A DNA stretch of 64,000 nucleotides from an uncultured Clostridia bacterium (GTDB taxonomy: Bacteria; Acidobacteriota; Aminicenantia; UBA2199). The notes under the pieces are model-generated. The model did no database searches and had not been told where the DNA came from. It saw only the letters and a list, made by a program, of their open reading frames with translations. This document shows, in pieces, positions 10,168 to 20,075 of this stretch (its first letter is position 1; each line of letters starts with the position of its first letter). Location: the NCBI GenBank assembly GCA_964633415.1, contig CAZWFY010000008.1:1898-65897 (forward strand). Reading direction: 5' to 3'. Position numbers and translations under genes: made by a program.

Positions 10168-10384
10168 AAAAAGCAGATTAAAACAGAGTGATTTTGTCGG
10201 AGAAATAATTTTTATTTCGATCTTTTTAAAAGAAATTTAAATTCATTCTCCACCGTTCTACGGAATCAGATTTATATATCGCTAAACTTTTTTTGTTAAA
10301 TATTAAAAAAATAATAAAAAGTTTTTAAACTTTCTTTGACTTTTATATATTCAATAAAGTAAAATTCAATCTACGGAGGTAATT

Positions 10385-10981
10385 ATGAATTTTAACAACA
10401 TTATTCAAAGGGCAATCGGAATTATAACTAAGCCTGCAGAGGAGTGGAAAAAAATAAAAGAAGAAAAATCCACTATTGTAGATATGTTTACAAATTATGC
10501 AATAATTTTAGCCGCGATACCGGCAATTGCCGGATTCATAGGCTATTCGGCCATTGGAAGATCATTTATGGGTTTTACAGTAAGAATGCCTTTGGGCAGG
10601 GCAATAATGTGGTCTATTCTAATGTATATATTTTCACTACTCGGAGTCTATCTTTTGGGCTTTATCATAGATTTTCTCGCACCCAATTTCGGAGCAAAAA
10701 AAGACATGGTAATGTCAACAAAGATTGCCGTCTATTCAATGACACCTTCATGGATTGCGGGAGTTTTTTTCCTGATCCCCGCACTTGCTATCTTAAGTTT
10801 TATTGCAGGACTGTATGCACTTTACCTTCTTTATATGGGTATTAAAGATCTGAAATCCCCCGAAGGAGATAAAGCCACTCCATATTTTGTTGTTACGATA
10901 ATCGCATACATAGTAATTGCATTTGTAATATCATTCATGGTAAGTGCCATAGCTTTCGGCAGTGCAAGAGCATTTATGTAA
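10385..10981 (+). CDS. Yip1-domain membrane protein
   Basis: 198 aa with 5 TM segments. N-terminus MNFNNIIQRAIGIITKPAEEW is typical of the Yip1/DUF1282 family. Confidence 0.6.
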   Translation: MNFNNIIQRAIGIITKPAEEWKKIKEEKSTIVDMFTNYAIILAAIPAIAGFIGYSAIGRSFMGFTVRMPLGRAIMWSILMYIFSLLGVYLLGFIIDFLAPNFGAKKDMVMSTKIAVYSMTPSWIAGVFFLIPALAILSFIAGLYALYLLYMGIKDLKSPEGDKATPYFVVTIIAYIVIAFVISFMVSAIAFGSARAFM

Positions 10982-11010
10982 AAATAAAAATAATCAACAA
11001 TTAAATAGAA

Positions 11011-11039
11011 AAGGGAGCTTCAAGCTCCCTTTTTTTTTA
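11011..11039 (+). terminator. Rho-independent terminator after the Yip1 gene
   Basis: GGGAGC-ttcaa-GCTCCC stem followed by T9. Confidence 0.75.
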
Positions 11040-11059
11040 ATTTTAACTTTCAGACATAA

Positions 11060-11088
11060 TTGAACCGGATTAAAATTTTTATTATAAT
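11060..11088 (+). promoter_or_regulatory. Sigma70-like promoter TTGAAC-17-TATAAT upstream of htrA
   Basis: Near-consensus hexamers with 17-nt spacing. Confidence 0.5.
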
Positions 11089-11096
11089 AAATTTTT

Positions 11097-11122
11097 GAAA
11101 CTTTTCTAACAATATGCACGTC
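11097..11122 (+). promoter_or_regulatory. ECF-type promoter GAAACTT-N17-CGTC upstream of htrA
   Basis: The 'AAC' -35 / 'CGT' -10 architecture closely resembles the motif upstream of the ECF sigma gene at 23614. Confidence 0.4.
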
Positions 11123-11153
11123 TAATATCAAACGGTTATTAAAGGAGGTTAAA

Positions 11154-12575
11154 ATGAAAAAAACAGGATTTATCGCGGGAATCAGTTTTCTTGCCGGTGC
11201 AATCTTTTTTGCACTAACTTTCGGGTTCATTCAAAAATCAGGAGATAATCAGGTCTTAAAACCTGCTGTTGTTCATGCGGAAACTTTAAATACCCAAGGA
11301 AACAATTTTGCTCCTCTGGTAAAAAAGGTTAGACCTGCAGTTGTAAAAGTAATCTCCGAATCCATCATGCAGAGAAGATCAATCTTCGGGGACCCCTTTT
11401 TTGACAGATTTTTCAATTCACCTACAAGAAGGGAAAAAGTGTCCGGTGTCGGCTCAGGATTCCTTATATCAAAAGACGGGTATATCATCACAAATAATCA
11501 TGTTGTAAAAGATGCCATTAAAGTTACTATTATAACCGTTGACGAGAAAAAATATGTCGCAAAGATCATAGGGACAGATCCCAAAACAGACCTTGCCTTG
11601 ATAAAGATAAAAGGAAAGGACTTCCCGTTTATTGAACTTGGAGATTCTTTTAAATCCGAGGTCGGGGAATGGGTTCTCGCCATCGGCAATCCGTTTAATC
11701 AGGATCTGACTGTGACGGCAGGAATAATCTCTGCTAAAGGACGTCATCAGATCGGTGCTGCAGATTATGAAAACTATATTCAGACCGATGCTGCCATAAA
11801 CAGAGGAAATTCCGGTGGTCCTCTTATTAATATGAGAGGGAAAGTGATTGGAATTAATTCTGTAATAATTGCTCCTTCCGGCGGAAATGTCGGTATAGGT
11901 TTCGCCATTCCGTCAAATATGGCAAAGAAAGTTATTTCAGATTTGAAAACCAAAGGACGCGTAATCCGCGGATGGCTTGGTGTTTCAATTCAGGAATTTA
12001 CAAAAAAAGAAGCTCAACAATTTGATTATCCTGTAAGCGGACTTCTAATCGCCAAAGTTGAGAAAAATTCTCCTGCGGCAAGAGCAGGATTAAAGAGGAA
12101 TGATTTTATAATAAAATTAAATGGAAAAAGAGTCCGGAACGGCAACGATCTCAGGATAAAAATCGCCGATTCGAATCCCGGTGATGCTATCCGTTTAACC
12201 ATTTACAGAGGAGATAAGAAACTTGATGTTAAAGTAAAAGTAGGTGAAGCCCCGGATACTCTGAAATTCAGAACGGAAGGATCGGAGAGCAAAACTATCG
12301 ATCTGGGGATGGTCCTTACGGAAAACTCCCGCAGTCTTGCACGTGAATATGAATTAAGAACTTCTTCGGGTATTGTTGTCCTTAAAGTTTCAAGAATAGC
12401 AAAAGCAAACGGTATAAAACCTTTTGATGTTATCCTCGGAGTTAACAGAACGGAAATAACATCGGTAAATCAATTCAGAAGGATTTTAAGCAAGAAGGAG
12501 CCGGGAAGTTTTGTCTTCCTATATATAAACCGATCAGGGCAGGAATCTTACTTAAAGTTTAATATTCCTGAATAA
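11154..12575 (+). CDS. htrA: Periplasmic serine endoprotease DegP/HtrA with two PDZ domains
   Basis: 473 aa with a signal peptide. Catalytic triad contexts are present, including the GNSGGPL active-site serine. Two PDZ-like C-terminal domains. Confidence 0.9.
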   Translation: MKKTGFIAGISFLAGAIFFALTFGFIQKSGDNQVLKPAVVHAETLNTQGNNFAPLVKKVRPAVVKVISESIMQRRSIFGDPFFDRFFNSPTRREKVSGVGSGFLISKDGYIITNNHVVKDAIKVTIITVDEKKYVAKIIGTDPKTDLALIKIKGKDFPFIELGDSFKSEVGEWVLAIGNPFNQDLTVTAGIISAKGRHQIGAADYENYIQTDAAINRGNSGGPLINMRGKVIGINSVIIAPSGGNVGIGFAIPSNMAKKVISDLKTKGRVIRGWLGVSIQEFTKKEAQQFDYPVSGLLIAKVEKNSPAARAGLKRNDFIIKLNGKRVRNGNDLRIKIADSNPGDAIRLTIYRGDKKLDVKVKVGEAPDTLKFRTEGSESKTIDLGMVLTENSRSLAREYELRTSSGIVVLKVSRIAKANGIKPFDVILGVNRTEITSVNQFRRILSKKEPGSFVFLYINRSGQESYLKFNIPE

Positions 12576-13417
12576 TGATCTTTTATAAAAGCTCTTCCGG
12601 CGGAAATGATTTTATTCTGCTGGAAGAGCATCAACTTTCAAAGATCCACATCAATAAAAGAACTTCTTTTATAAGAGATATATGTGACAGATACAGAGGA
12701 GTCGGAGGAGACGGTCTTATTTCATACAGAATTGAAAAAGAGGAAATACATTTTTCAATATTTAACAGAGACGGATCAAAGGCAGAGCTTTCCGGAAACG
12801 GAATGTCCGGACTGGCATCACTTCTATTTTACACATCAAACTCAGCTAACACTGTCATTTTATCCACTGATTCAGGTCCCAAAAAGATCACTTTGCTCAA
12901 TAGAAAAAAAAACATTTTCAAATTATCGGTAGAGATCGGTGAACCTGATTTTTTTAATATTCAACAATTTCCTTTTTTAAAAAGAAATCAATTTGAATAT
13001 CAACTTGACAATATATCATTTTATCCAGTATCCGTTGGAAACCCACATGTTGTAATATTCATAGATAAAAATCTCCGTGAATCGGACTTAGAGCAGAAAG
13101 GAAAAGATATTGAAAATTCGGTTCTATTCCCAACTCGAACAAATGTTGAATTTATATCAAATTTAGAATCATCAGGAAACAAAAAAATTGTCACTCCGTT
13201 TTTCTATGAGAGAGGAGTAGGAAAGACGGAACTCTCCTCAACCGGATCAGCTGCAATTTTTGCAGTTCTCAGAAATCTTGATTTGACTTCGGATAATCTG
13301 ATTATAAAGACCGGAGATATCATTACTAAAGTATCCGGAAAAAACAATATATATATTGAAAACAGCACGGAAATAGTATATAAAGGAACTTACTTAAATG
13401 AAAAATTCTCATCTTAA
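12575..13417 (+). CDS. Diaminopimelate epimerase homologue (DapF-like) lacking both catalytic cysteines
   Basis: 280 aa with the GNDF, GNPH and YERGVG family motifs. The CGNG site reads SGNG and the ACGSGA site reads SSTGSA. Confidence 0.75.
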   Translation: MIFYKSSSGGNDFILLEEHQLSKIHINKRTSFIRDICDRYRGVGGDGLISYRIEKEEIHFSIFNRDGSKAELSGNGMSGLASLLFYTSNSANTVILSTDSGPKKITLLNRKKNIFKLSVEIGEPDFFNIQQFPFLKRNQFEYQLDNISFYPVSVGNPHVVIFIDKNLRESDLEQKGKDIENSVLFPTRTNVEFISNLESSGNKKIVTPFFYERGVGKTELSSTGSAAIFAVLRNLDLTSDNLIIKTGDIITKVSGKNNIYIENSTEIVYKGTYLNEKFSS

Positions 13418-14042
13418 AATAGTAACAGTTTTAACTATGGTTATCCTATTGTTTTCATCAACTTTATTATCAGATACTCTATATACAGTTGATAACAATG
13501 TCTATGAAGGAAAACTTGTGGCATTCAAATATGGAACCATATATTTTAATATATACAAGTTCGGGAATATATCCAAAACAAAAAGATTTCCTCTGTTTAA
13601 AGTTCATAAAATAGTTTTCAACCCTAAAGAAGAGGGAGTGGAAACATCTTATGAAATAGAACAGACCTACAAAAGAATGAGACGGGGAAAAAGATCAAAA
13701 ATCATTTATCTCAGTGCACAATCAAATTGGAAAAATTCAAATATCAAATTAAAAAAAAATCAAACACTGCTTTTTTCCATCAACGGATCTATCCGGATAT
13801 TTAAAGATCATAAAGTTTATCAGGATGGAGAATTAAATGTCACATGGAATAAAAAGAAACAACTTCCCACACAACCGACCGGAGCGGTTATAGCAAAGAT
13901 CGGAGAAGACGGCATACCGTTTTATGTAGGTAACAACAAAGCTCCTTTCATTGTTAAAAAAAGCGGATACCTTTATCTTGGAATTAACGATTATAATTTT
14001 AAAGATAATTCAGGTGAATTTATTATCAAGATCTTTTATTAA
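13398..14042 (+). CDS. Secreted hypothetical protein
   Basis: 214 aa with an N-terminal signal peptide. The beta-rich C-terminal domain has no recognisable motif. Confidence 0.45.
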   Translation: MKNSHLKIVTVLTMVILLFSSTLLSDTLYTVDNNVYEGKLVAFKYGTIYFNIYKFGNISKTKRFPLFKVHKIVFNPKEEGVETSYEIEQTYKRMRRGKRSKIIYLSAQSNWKNSNIKLKKNQTLLFSINGSIRIFKDHKVYQDGELNVTWNKKKQLPTQPTGAVIAKIGEDGIPFYVGNNKAPFIVKKSGYLYLGINDYNFKDNSGEFIIKIFY

Positions 14043-14982
14043 ATACAAGAAATGGTTTGAACTCCATTAGAATCCCATCTTTTTTTGCTATTGCAAGAAA
14101 ATTTCCGTCATCATCAAATATCCTGTAATTTTCCGATGATGATCCGGATGAAACCTCAAGTATATCATCTGATGAAATAGGAGCACCGTTTATTACCCTT
14201 GTTTTACCGTTAAGTCCAACCGTTATCCTTGGAAATTCCGGCAATAGAGACTCTATAGGAATAATGCTTTTGGTTGGATTTTTCTCTCTCTTAACAATTT
14301 CAAGTTCATCGAGAGTAACGGCATTATCAACATCAAACTCACCGATTTTTTCCCTCTGTAACTCTTTTAGAAAAGCACCGCTTCCGACTCTCTCACCAAT
14401 ATCGAAAGCAAGAGATCTTATATATGTCCCGGACGATGTCACAGCTTTAAACCATAAATTTTTTTTGTCAATTATTTTATATTTTAGAGAAAAAATTTCC
14501 ACCTTTCTCGATTCTATCTTAACATCTATATCATTTCTTGCATATTTATAGAGTGGTTTCCCCTTAAACTTTTTAGCGGAATATTTAGGAGGGATCTGAT
14601 CGATCTTTCCTATAAATCCCTGAATAATAGTTTCAAGATCTGATTTATACAGATCAACATCCTTCTCCTCTCCAACCATGTCACCTTCACTATCATAGGT
14701 CGTTGTTGAATATCCGAATCTCATGATTCCGCTATATACTTTTTTCCTTTTAATAAAAAAATCGAAAAGTTTTGTGGCATTTCCCATCCCGACAAGCAGT
14801 AAGCCTTCAGCCATAGGGTCAAGAGTACCGAAATGACCGGCTTTTTTTAACTCTAAAATATTTTTAACTCTTTTCACAATCTCATGTGAAGTTAATCCCC
14901 TGTTTTTATTTATTAGAACCAGTCCGTCCATAAGTATATTTTTATTATTTCGAATCCAGGGATTCCAAATATTTTTCTGCAA
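14026..14982 (-). CDS. truB: tRNA pseudouridine(55) synthase
   Basis: GHFGTLDPMAEGLL motif with the catalytic Asp. PUA-like C-terminus. Confidence 0.85.
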   Translation of the reverse strand: MQKNIWNPWIRNNKNILMDGLVLINKNRGLTSHEIVKRVKNILELKKAGHFGTLDPMAEGLLLVGMGNATKLFDFFIKRKKVYSGIMRFGYSTTTYDSEGDMVGEEKDVDLYKSDLETIIQGFIGKIDQIPPKYSAKKFKGKPLYKYARNDIDVKIESRKVEIFSLKYKIIDKKNLWFKAVTSSGTYIRSLAFDIGERVGSGAFLKELQREKIGEFDVDNAVTLDELEIVKREKNPTKSIIPIESLLPEFPRITVGLNGKTRVINGAPISSDDILEVSSGSSSENYRIFDDDGNFLAIAKKDGILMEFKPFLVFNKRS

Positions 14983-15910
14983 TCTCCATTACTTTTTGCT
15001 TTACAATCTTAAAGTCTCCTGTAAGAAAGAAACCGGCAGCATGATTATGCCCTCCTCCATTAAATTTTTTTGCAATCTCAAATGAACTTACATCACCCTT
15101 AGACCTGATTGAAATGCGAAAATAGTCAGAATTTACCTCCTTGAAAAATATGGTAATCCTCACTCCGATAATTGATCTTACAATTGCAATGATATCTTCG
15201 GTATCATATGATTCAATACTATTCCCCGATAAAAAATCTTTTTTGAAATATACCGAGGCAATTTGATCCTTGCAGGATATTTCAAGAGTATCCAGTATAT
15301 TTTTTAAAAGAGTTATCTTTTCAGGAGGATTAGAGTTAAAGATCAGATCAGACACATTATGTGGATTAACTCCGGATTTTTTAATAATTTCCGCAGCAAC
15401 TTTGAGTGCTTTAAAAGAAGTATTCGAATATTTAAAGGAACCTGTATCTGAGATGATTGCAGCATAAAGGTTAAATCCTATCTCTTTCGTAATTGATATA
15501 TTCATATGTTCTACAAGTTCAAAGATAAGTTCTCCGACAGCAGAAGCATCGGGATCGACCCAGTTAATATCCGATATTCTCGGACTTGTAGCATGGTGAT
15601 CAATATTGATCGTAAAATAATTCTCCATATTTTTCATCCCGCTTCTTTCCTCATTTCCGCTTTCAATAAGTACAACAACATCAAATTTATCGGGAAAAAT
15701 CTGAGAATATTCAATCATTTCATAAGAAGGCAATTTTGTCAGAGGGAAAGGTGCTTCCTCAACATTCCTAAAACTAACACTCTTACCCAACTGTTTAAGA
15801 ATCAATGATAGAGCCAATCCGCTGCCGATGGAATCTCCATCCGGTCTGATATGAGAAGTGATTGCAATTCTATCTGCACTCAATAATTTTTTTACAATCT
15901 TTTCTTTCAT
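14945..15910 (-). CDS. nrnA: DHH/DHHA1 phosphoesterase (NrnA-like nanoRNase/pAp phosphatase)
   Basis: DGDSIGS and NIDHH motifs plus the GGGHNHAAG DHHA1 motif. Typical position between rbfA and truB. Confidence 0.8.
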   Translation of the reverse strand: MKEKIVKKLLSADRIAITSHIRPDGDSIGSGLALSLILKQLGKSVSFRNVEEAPFPLTKLPSYEMIEYSQIFPDKFDVVVLIESGNEERSGMKNMENYFTINIDHHATSPRISDINWVDPDASAVGELIFELVEHMNISITKEIGFNLYAAIISDTGSFKYSNTSFKALKVAAEIIKKSGVNPHNVSDLIFNSNPPEKITLLKNILDTLEISCKDQIASVYFKKDFLSGNSIESYDTEDIIAIVRSIIGVRITIFFKEVNSDYFRISIRSKGDVSSFEIAKKFNGGGHNHAAGFFLTGDFKIVKQKVMEIAEKYLESLDSK

Positions 15911-15913
15911 ATT

Positions 15914-16237
15914 TTATCTCTCATTTTTTATTGATGTTTTTTGATTAAAGTCAAAAGATGTATCAAATTGAAAAGTTATCTCAGGAACATATTTCAATCT
16001 CATATTTTTTGACAATTCTCTTTTAATAAACCCTTTTGCTTTTTCAAGTTTCTCAATTAATCTATCAGACCCGATCTCATAAGAAGAAACAAAGACTGTA
16101 GCATTTTTAAGATCTTTTGACACTTCAACATGTGAAACGGAAAGAATAGTCAACTCGGGATCATTAAAATCATTAAGAAAAATATTTGATAAAACACTTT
16201 TAAGAGTACTTGAAAATTTTTCTATTCTATAAGACAT
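15914..16237 (-). CDS. rbfA: Ribosome-binding factor A
   Basis: 107 aa, directly downstream of infB/DUF503. RbfA-like sequence. Confidence 0.8.
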   Translation of the reverse strand: MSYRIEKFSSTLKSVLSNIFLNDFNDPELTILSVSHVEVSKDLKNATVFVSSYEIGSDRLIEKLEKAKGFIKRELSKNMRLKYVPEITFQFDTSFDFNQKTSIKNER

Positions 16238-16518
16238 TAGAAGTATTGTATTTCGGTCTCAATTATTTCAACCGCATAGTTATTCTCTATCAACTCTTCA
16301 CTTTGCATAAAAGTTTTCTCTAAATGCTTTTTTACAGTTGTGATCATTGCTATTGAAATTTCAATTTTTTGCCAAACATCCTGAAAATCACTTTCGATTA
16401 TCGAAATATTAAATCTGTGCTTAAGTTTCTCTTTTATACTGAGAACAATACTTCTTTTCTCTTTCAAGCTATGAACACCTCTCGCAAAAAGTCTCAGTTT
16501 AAAAACACCTACAATCAT
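16237..16518 (-). CDS. DUF503 protein (conserved infB-rbfA operon member)
   Basis: 93 aa. Family pattern GV.KL.L....HSLKEKR....I. Classic position between infB and rbfA. Confidence 0.7.
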   Translation of the reverse strand: MIVGVFKLRLFARGVHSLKEKRSIVLSIKEKLKHRFNISIIESDFQDVWQKIEISIAMITTVKKHLEKTFMQSEELIENNYAVEIIETEIQYF

Positions 16519-18935
16519 TCTTTCTGCTTGAGTTCATAAACCTCAATCATGTCACCGATCTCAATTGAATTAAAATTCTTTAGCTTAATACCGCATTCGG
16601 TTCCGGCCTTAACTTCCTTAACCTCATCTCCGATTCTTTTGAGAGTCTCAATCTCTCCTTCAAATACAAGATCACCCTTTCGAATGACTTTAAGAAGTGA
16701 TTTATTAGTAACCTTTCCATCTTTAACAATACATCCGGCAATATTTCCGATCTTGGAAATTTTAAACTTTTGGAGAACTTCAACTTCACCTATCTTTGAT
16801 TCAATAAATACAGGCTCAATTTCTCCCTTTATCGCTTTTTCAAGATCCTCCATCAGATGATAGATCACACTATATAATTTAATCTCAACACCTTCTCTTC
16901 TTGCCGCCATAACAACTTTCTGAGGTGCTTTGACATTAAATCCGAGAATAACCGCAGAGGAAGAAGAAGCCAGCAAAATATCGCTCTCGGATATATTTCC
17001 GATGCTATTGTGAACTATATTTATCTTCAACTCTTTTTTTGCCATCTTTTTAAGAATTTCCGATAAGATCTCTCCCGATCCGAAATTATCCGTTTTTAGG
17101 ATAATCGGGAATTCTTTAATACTCTTCTCATCCATCATCTGAAAAAGATTCTGTAGACTTAGTTTTTTACCCTCTTCCACTTCGTCCTTTTTTAATCCCT
17201 TTTCCAACTCTTGTCTAAGATCTATTATTTTTTTTGCTTTGGATACATCACTGATTATCTGAAATCTTTCTCCGGCTTCGGGAGCTTTTTCAAATCCCAT
17301 CACCTCAACAGGAGATGGTCTTTCCGCAGCCTTTAAAGGTTTCATATTGTGATCAAAAAGAGACCTTATCTTTCCTACGGAGTTTCCGCATATAAAATAA
17401 TCACCTCTTTTAACTTCACCCTCTTGAATCAGAATGGTCCCGAGAGGTCCCAATTTACTATCGAGTTTAGACTCTATTACAGTTCCCCAGCCCGGAACAC
17501 CCTTATATGCCTTCAACTCCTGCATCTCCGCAACTAATCCGATCATCTCGAGAAGTGTATCCAGATTCTTGTTTAACTTTGCTGATATCTCAACGGAAAC
17601 CGTATCTCCTCCCCAATCTTCAACAATAAGATTATGAGAAGACAACTCCTGTTTAACCTTATCAGGATCAGCTCCGTCAATATCAATTTTATTGATTGCA
17701 ACAATAATGGGGACACCGGCAGCTCTGGCATGATTTATTGCTTCAACAGTCTGTGGTTTAACACCGTCATTTGCAGCAACAACGAGAATAACAATATCTG
17801 TTATTTTTGCTCCCCGGGCCCTCAAATTTGTAAAGGCTTCATGACCGGGAGTATCTATAAAAACTATCTCCGAGCCTTTAATCTCCAACTTATAAGCTCC
17901 GATTGATTGTGTTATTCCTCCCGCTTCTCCTGCTGCCACTCTCGTTTTTCTCAGTGTATCGAGAAGAGTGGTTTTTCCGTGATCTACATGTCCCATAACC
18001 GTTACGACCGGAGGTCGCGGCAGAGGTTCGGTCTTGGATTTTTTCACCGACTCTTCAAAGATCGACTCTTCATACCCCATTAATTCAACTTCTACATTGA
18101 ACTCCTTGCAAATTTTTTCTATATCTTCCTCTTCAAGGAAAAGATTCGCAGGATAAGACCTGCCCTCTTTTAAAAGATGATCCTCAAGAAATTTTAATTT
18201 AATGTTAAGATTATCAGCCAACTCTTTTAAAGTAACAAATCCGGAAATCTTTAAAAATTCAGGAACATCTTTGAGATCTGCAGCCTTTTTCGGTTTTATA
18301 AGATCCGTTCTTTTTTCTCTATGAATTTTCTCTCCCTTCGAAAATCTGTGATTTCTATTCTGGTGAGGTCTGTAACTCTGACGTCTGAAATTTTGAGGTC
18401 TTCTTGCAGGAATATGAGGTTTAGCCTCCGGTTTCGGTGGAATAGGCTTCTCAATTCTCACTTCGGGTTTTCTCTCTTTTTCAGGCGGTTTAGGAACTTC
18501 GCTTTTCACATGTTCAACTTGTTTCTTTACTACCGGTTCAACAGATTTTTCAATCGGTTTGATTGTCTCGGGGGCAACCGGTTTTTCCTTTTTAACAACA
18601 GGAATATCTTTTGCTTCACTCTTTTTCTTAACAATTTTTGTTTCTTTATCTTTAATATCCGCTACGGGCTTTTCAACTACCGGTTCCGACTTTTCTTCCG
18701 GCGTTACTTCTTCTTTAACAATTTTTTTCTCTGCTCCAAATTTTTTATACTCTTTTTTTAACTCTTCTATCTTTGCCTGATCTTTAGAAAGAGCTCTTAG
18801 CATCTCAAGCTGTTCCATTGAAATAGCGGAGGAGTGAGATTTGACAGGAACACCGTTTTTTTCAAGGAAAAAAAGTGCCAGTTTATTTGTTAGTTTAAAT
18901 TCCTTGGTTGCTTCTCGTAATTTAATTTTTTGCAA
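16515..18935 (-). CDS. infB: Translation initiation factor IF-2
   Basis: 806 aa. GTPase G-motifs (GHVDHGKTTLLD, DTPGH, NKID). K/E/P-rich N-terminal low-complexity region. Confidence 0.95.
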   Translation of the reverse strand: MQKIKLREATKEFKLTNKLALFFLEKNGVPVKSHSSAISMEQLEMLRALSKDQAKIEELKKEYKKFGAEKKIVKEEVTPEEKSEPVVEKPVADIKDKETKIVKKKSEAKDIPVVKKEKPVAPETIKPIEKSVEPVVKKQVEHVKSEVPKPPEKERKPEVRIEKPIPPKPEAKPHIPARRPQNFRRQSYRPHQNRNHRFSKGEKIHREKRTDLIKPKKAADLKDVPEFLKISGFVTLKELADNLNIKLKFLEDHLLKEGRSYPANLFLEEEDIEKICKEFNVEVELMGYEESIFEESVKKSKTEPLPRPPVVTVMGHVDHGKTTLLDTLRKTRVAAGEAGGITQSIGAYKLEIKGSEIVFIDTPGHEAFTNLRARGAKITDIVILVVAANDGVKPQTVEAINHARAAGVPIIVAINKIDIDGADPDKVKQELSSHNLIVEDWGGDTVSVEISAKLNKNLDTLLEMIGLVAEMQELKAYKGVPGWGTVIESKLDSKLGPLGTILIQEGEVKRGDYFICGNSVGKIRSLFDHNMKPLKAAERPSPVEVMGFEKAPEAGERFQIISDVSKAKKIIDLRQELEKGLKKDEVEEGKKLSLQNLFQMMDEKSIKEFPIILKTDNFGSGEILSEILKKMAKKELKINIVHNSIGNISESDILLASSSSAVILGFNVKAPQKVVMAARREGVEIKLYSVIYHLMEDLEKAIKGEIEPVFIESKIGEVEVLQKFKISKIGNIAGCIVKDGKVTNKSLLKVIRKGDLVFEGEIETLKRIGDEVKEVKAGTECGIKLKNFNSIEIGDMIEVYELKQKE

Positions 18936-18944
18936 TTAATCCTC

Positions 18945-20003
18945 CTACAGTTTTTTACGGGTTAGATCTTCGTTTTTTTCCATCCGGTTTGTAAGTTGGA
19001 GATTCCATTTTGTAAGCCGTGAAGCAAGTTTGATATTTGACCCCTTCTTTCCTATTGCCGCAGAAAGAGTACTTTCAGTTACGGTAACCTCGGCAATTCT
19101 TCTCTCTTCATCAATAATATTAACCCTTGTAACTACAGCCGGTGTTAAAGCGGAAGTTATAAACCTTTCAATAGAATCACTCCATGCTATAACATCAACT
19201 CTTTCACCGTTTAATTCTTTGGTGATTGCAAGAACTCTGTTACCGTTCATTCCAACTACTGCTCCGACCGGATCAACACTCTTTTCCGTTGAGTATACGG
19301 CTACTTTTGATTTAATACCCGGTTCTCTTGCTATGGCATATATTTTGACAATACCTTCCGAAACTTCCGGAACCTCTTTTTTTATCAATTCACCGACAAA
19401 ATTCCCGACATATCTTGAACCGAGAACAAGAGGACCCTTCCCTTCGGGAAAAACTCTTTTAACATAAAATTTTATAAGATTTCCACGGTCAAACTCATCT
19501 TTAGGGGATAACTCTTTAAATGGAATAATTGCCTCACCTATCTCAAGTGCAGCAATGATCCCTCCCTTTTCAATCCTTCTGACCTGACCTGTCAGGATAG
19601 TATCCGTAAGCTGAACATATTTAGAGTAAACCGATTCCTGTTCCGCTTTCTGAACCTTTTCCATAATAATATTTCTGGCAGTATGAGCGGCAACACGCCC
19701 CATTGTCTCACCGGGCAGAAAAATTTTTATAATATCGCCCGGTTTTGCTTTTGAATCGTGTTTCAGTGCTTTTTTCCATGAAATTTCCGAATCATCCTCA
19801 GGTTCATCAACAACTAATTTTGTTACATAAACGGAAATATTCCCTTTCTCTTTATCAATCTCTACATGGACATCTTCACTGTTATCGAAATATTTATCGG
19901 CAACTATTAAAAGAGCCTCCTCTATGGCTGTATAAAAAACATCCGTAGAAATTCCACGCTCTCTGCTTATCTCTTTTATACTTTTTAATAACTCTTCTGC
20001 CAT
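18945..20003 (-). CDS. nusA: Transcription termination/antitermination factor NusA
   Basis: 352 aa. S1 and tandem KH domains. Directly upstream of infB. Confidence 0.9.
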   Translation of the reverse strand: MAEELLKSIKEISRERGISTDVFYTAIEEALLIVADKYFDNSEDVHVEIDKEKGNISVYVTKLVVDEPEDDSEISWKKALKHDSKAKPGDIIKIFLPGETMGRVAAHTARNIIMEKVQKAEQESVYSKYVQLTDTILTGQVRRIEKGGIIAALEIGEAIIPFKELSPKDEFDRGNLIKFYVKRVFPEGKGPLVLGSRYVGNFVGELIKKEVPEVSEGIVKIYAIAREPGIKSKVAVYSTEKSVDPVGAVVGMNGNRVLAITKELNGERVDVIAWSDSIERFITSALTPAVVTRVNIIDEERRIAEVTVTESTLSAAIGKKGSNIKLASRLTKWNLQLTNRMEKNEDLTRKKL

Positions 20004-20075
20004 AAAGTTTCCTCTTCATTTTAAGTCACCTGCAATTATAAGTAATTTTGCAATAAAAAGCAAACCAAGGAGGTG

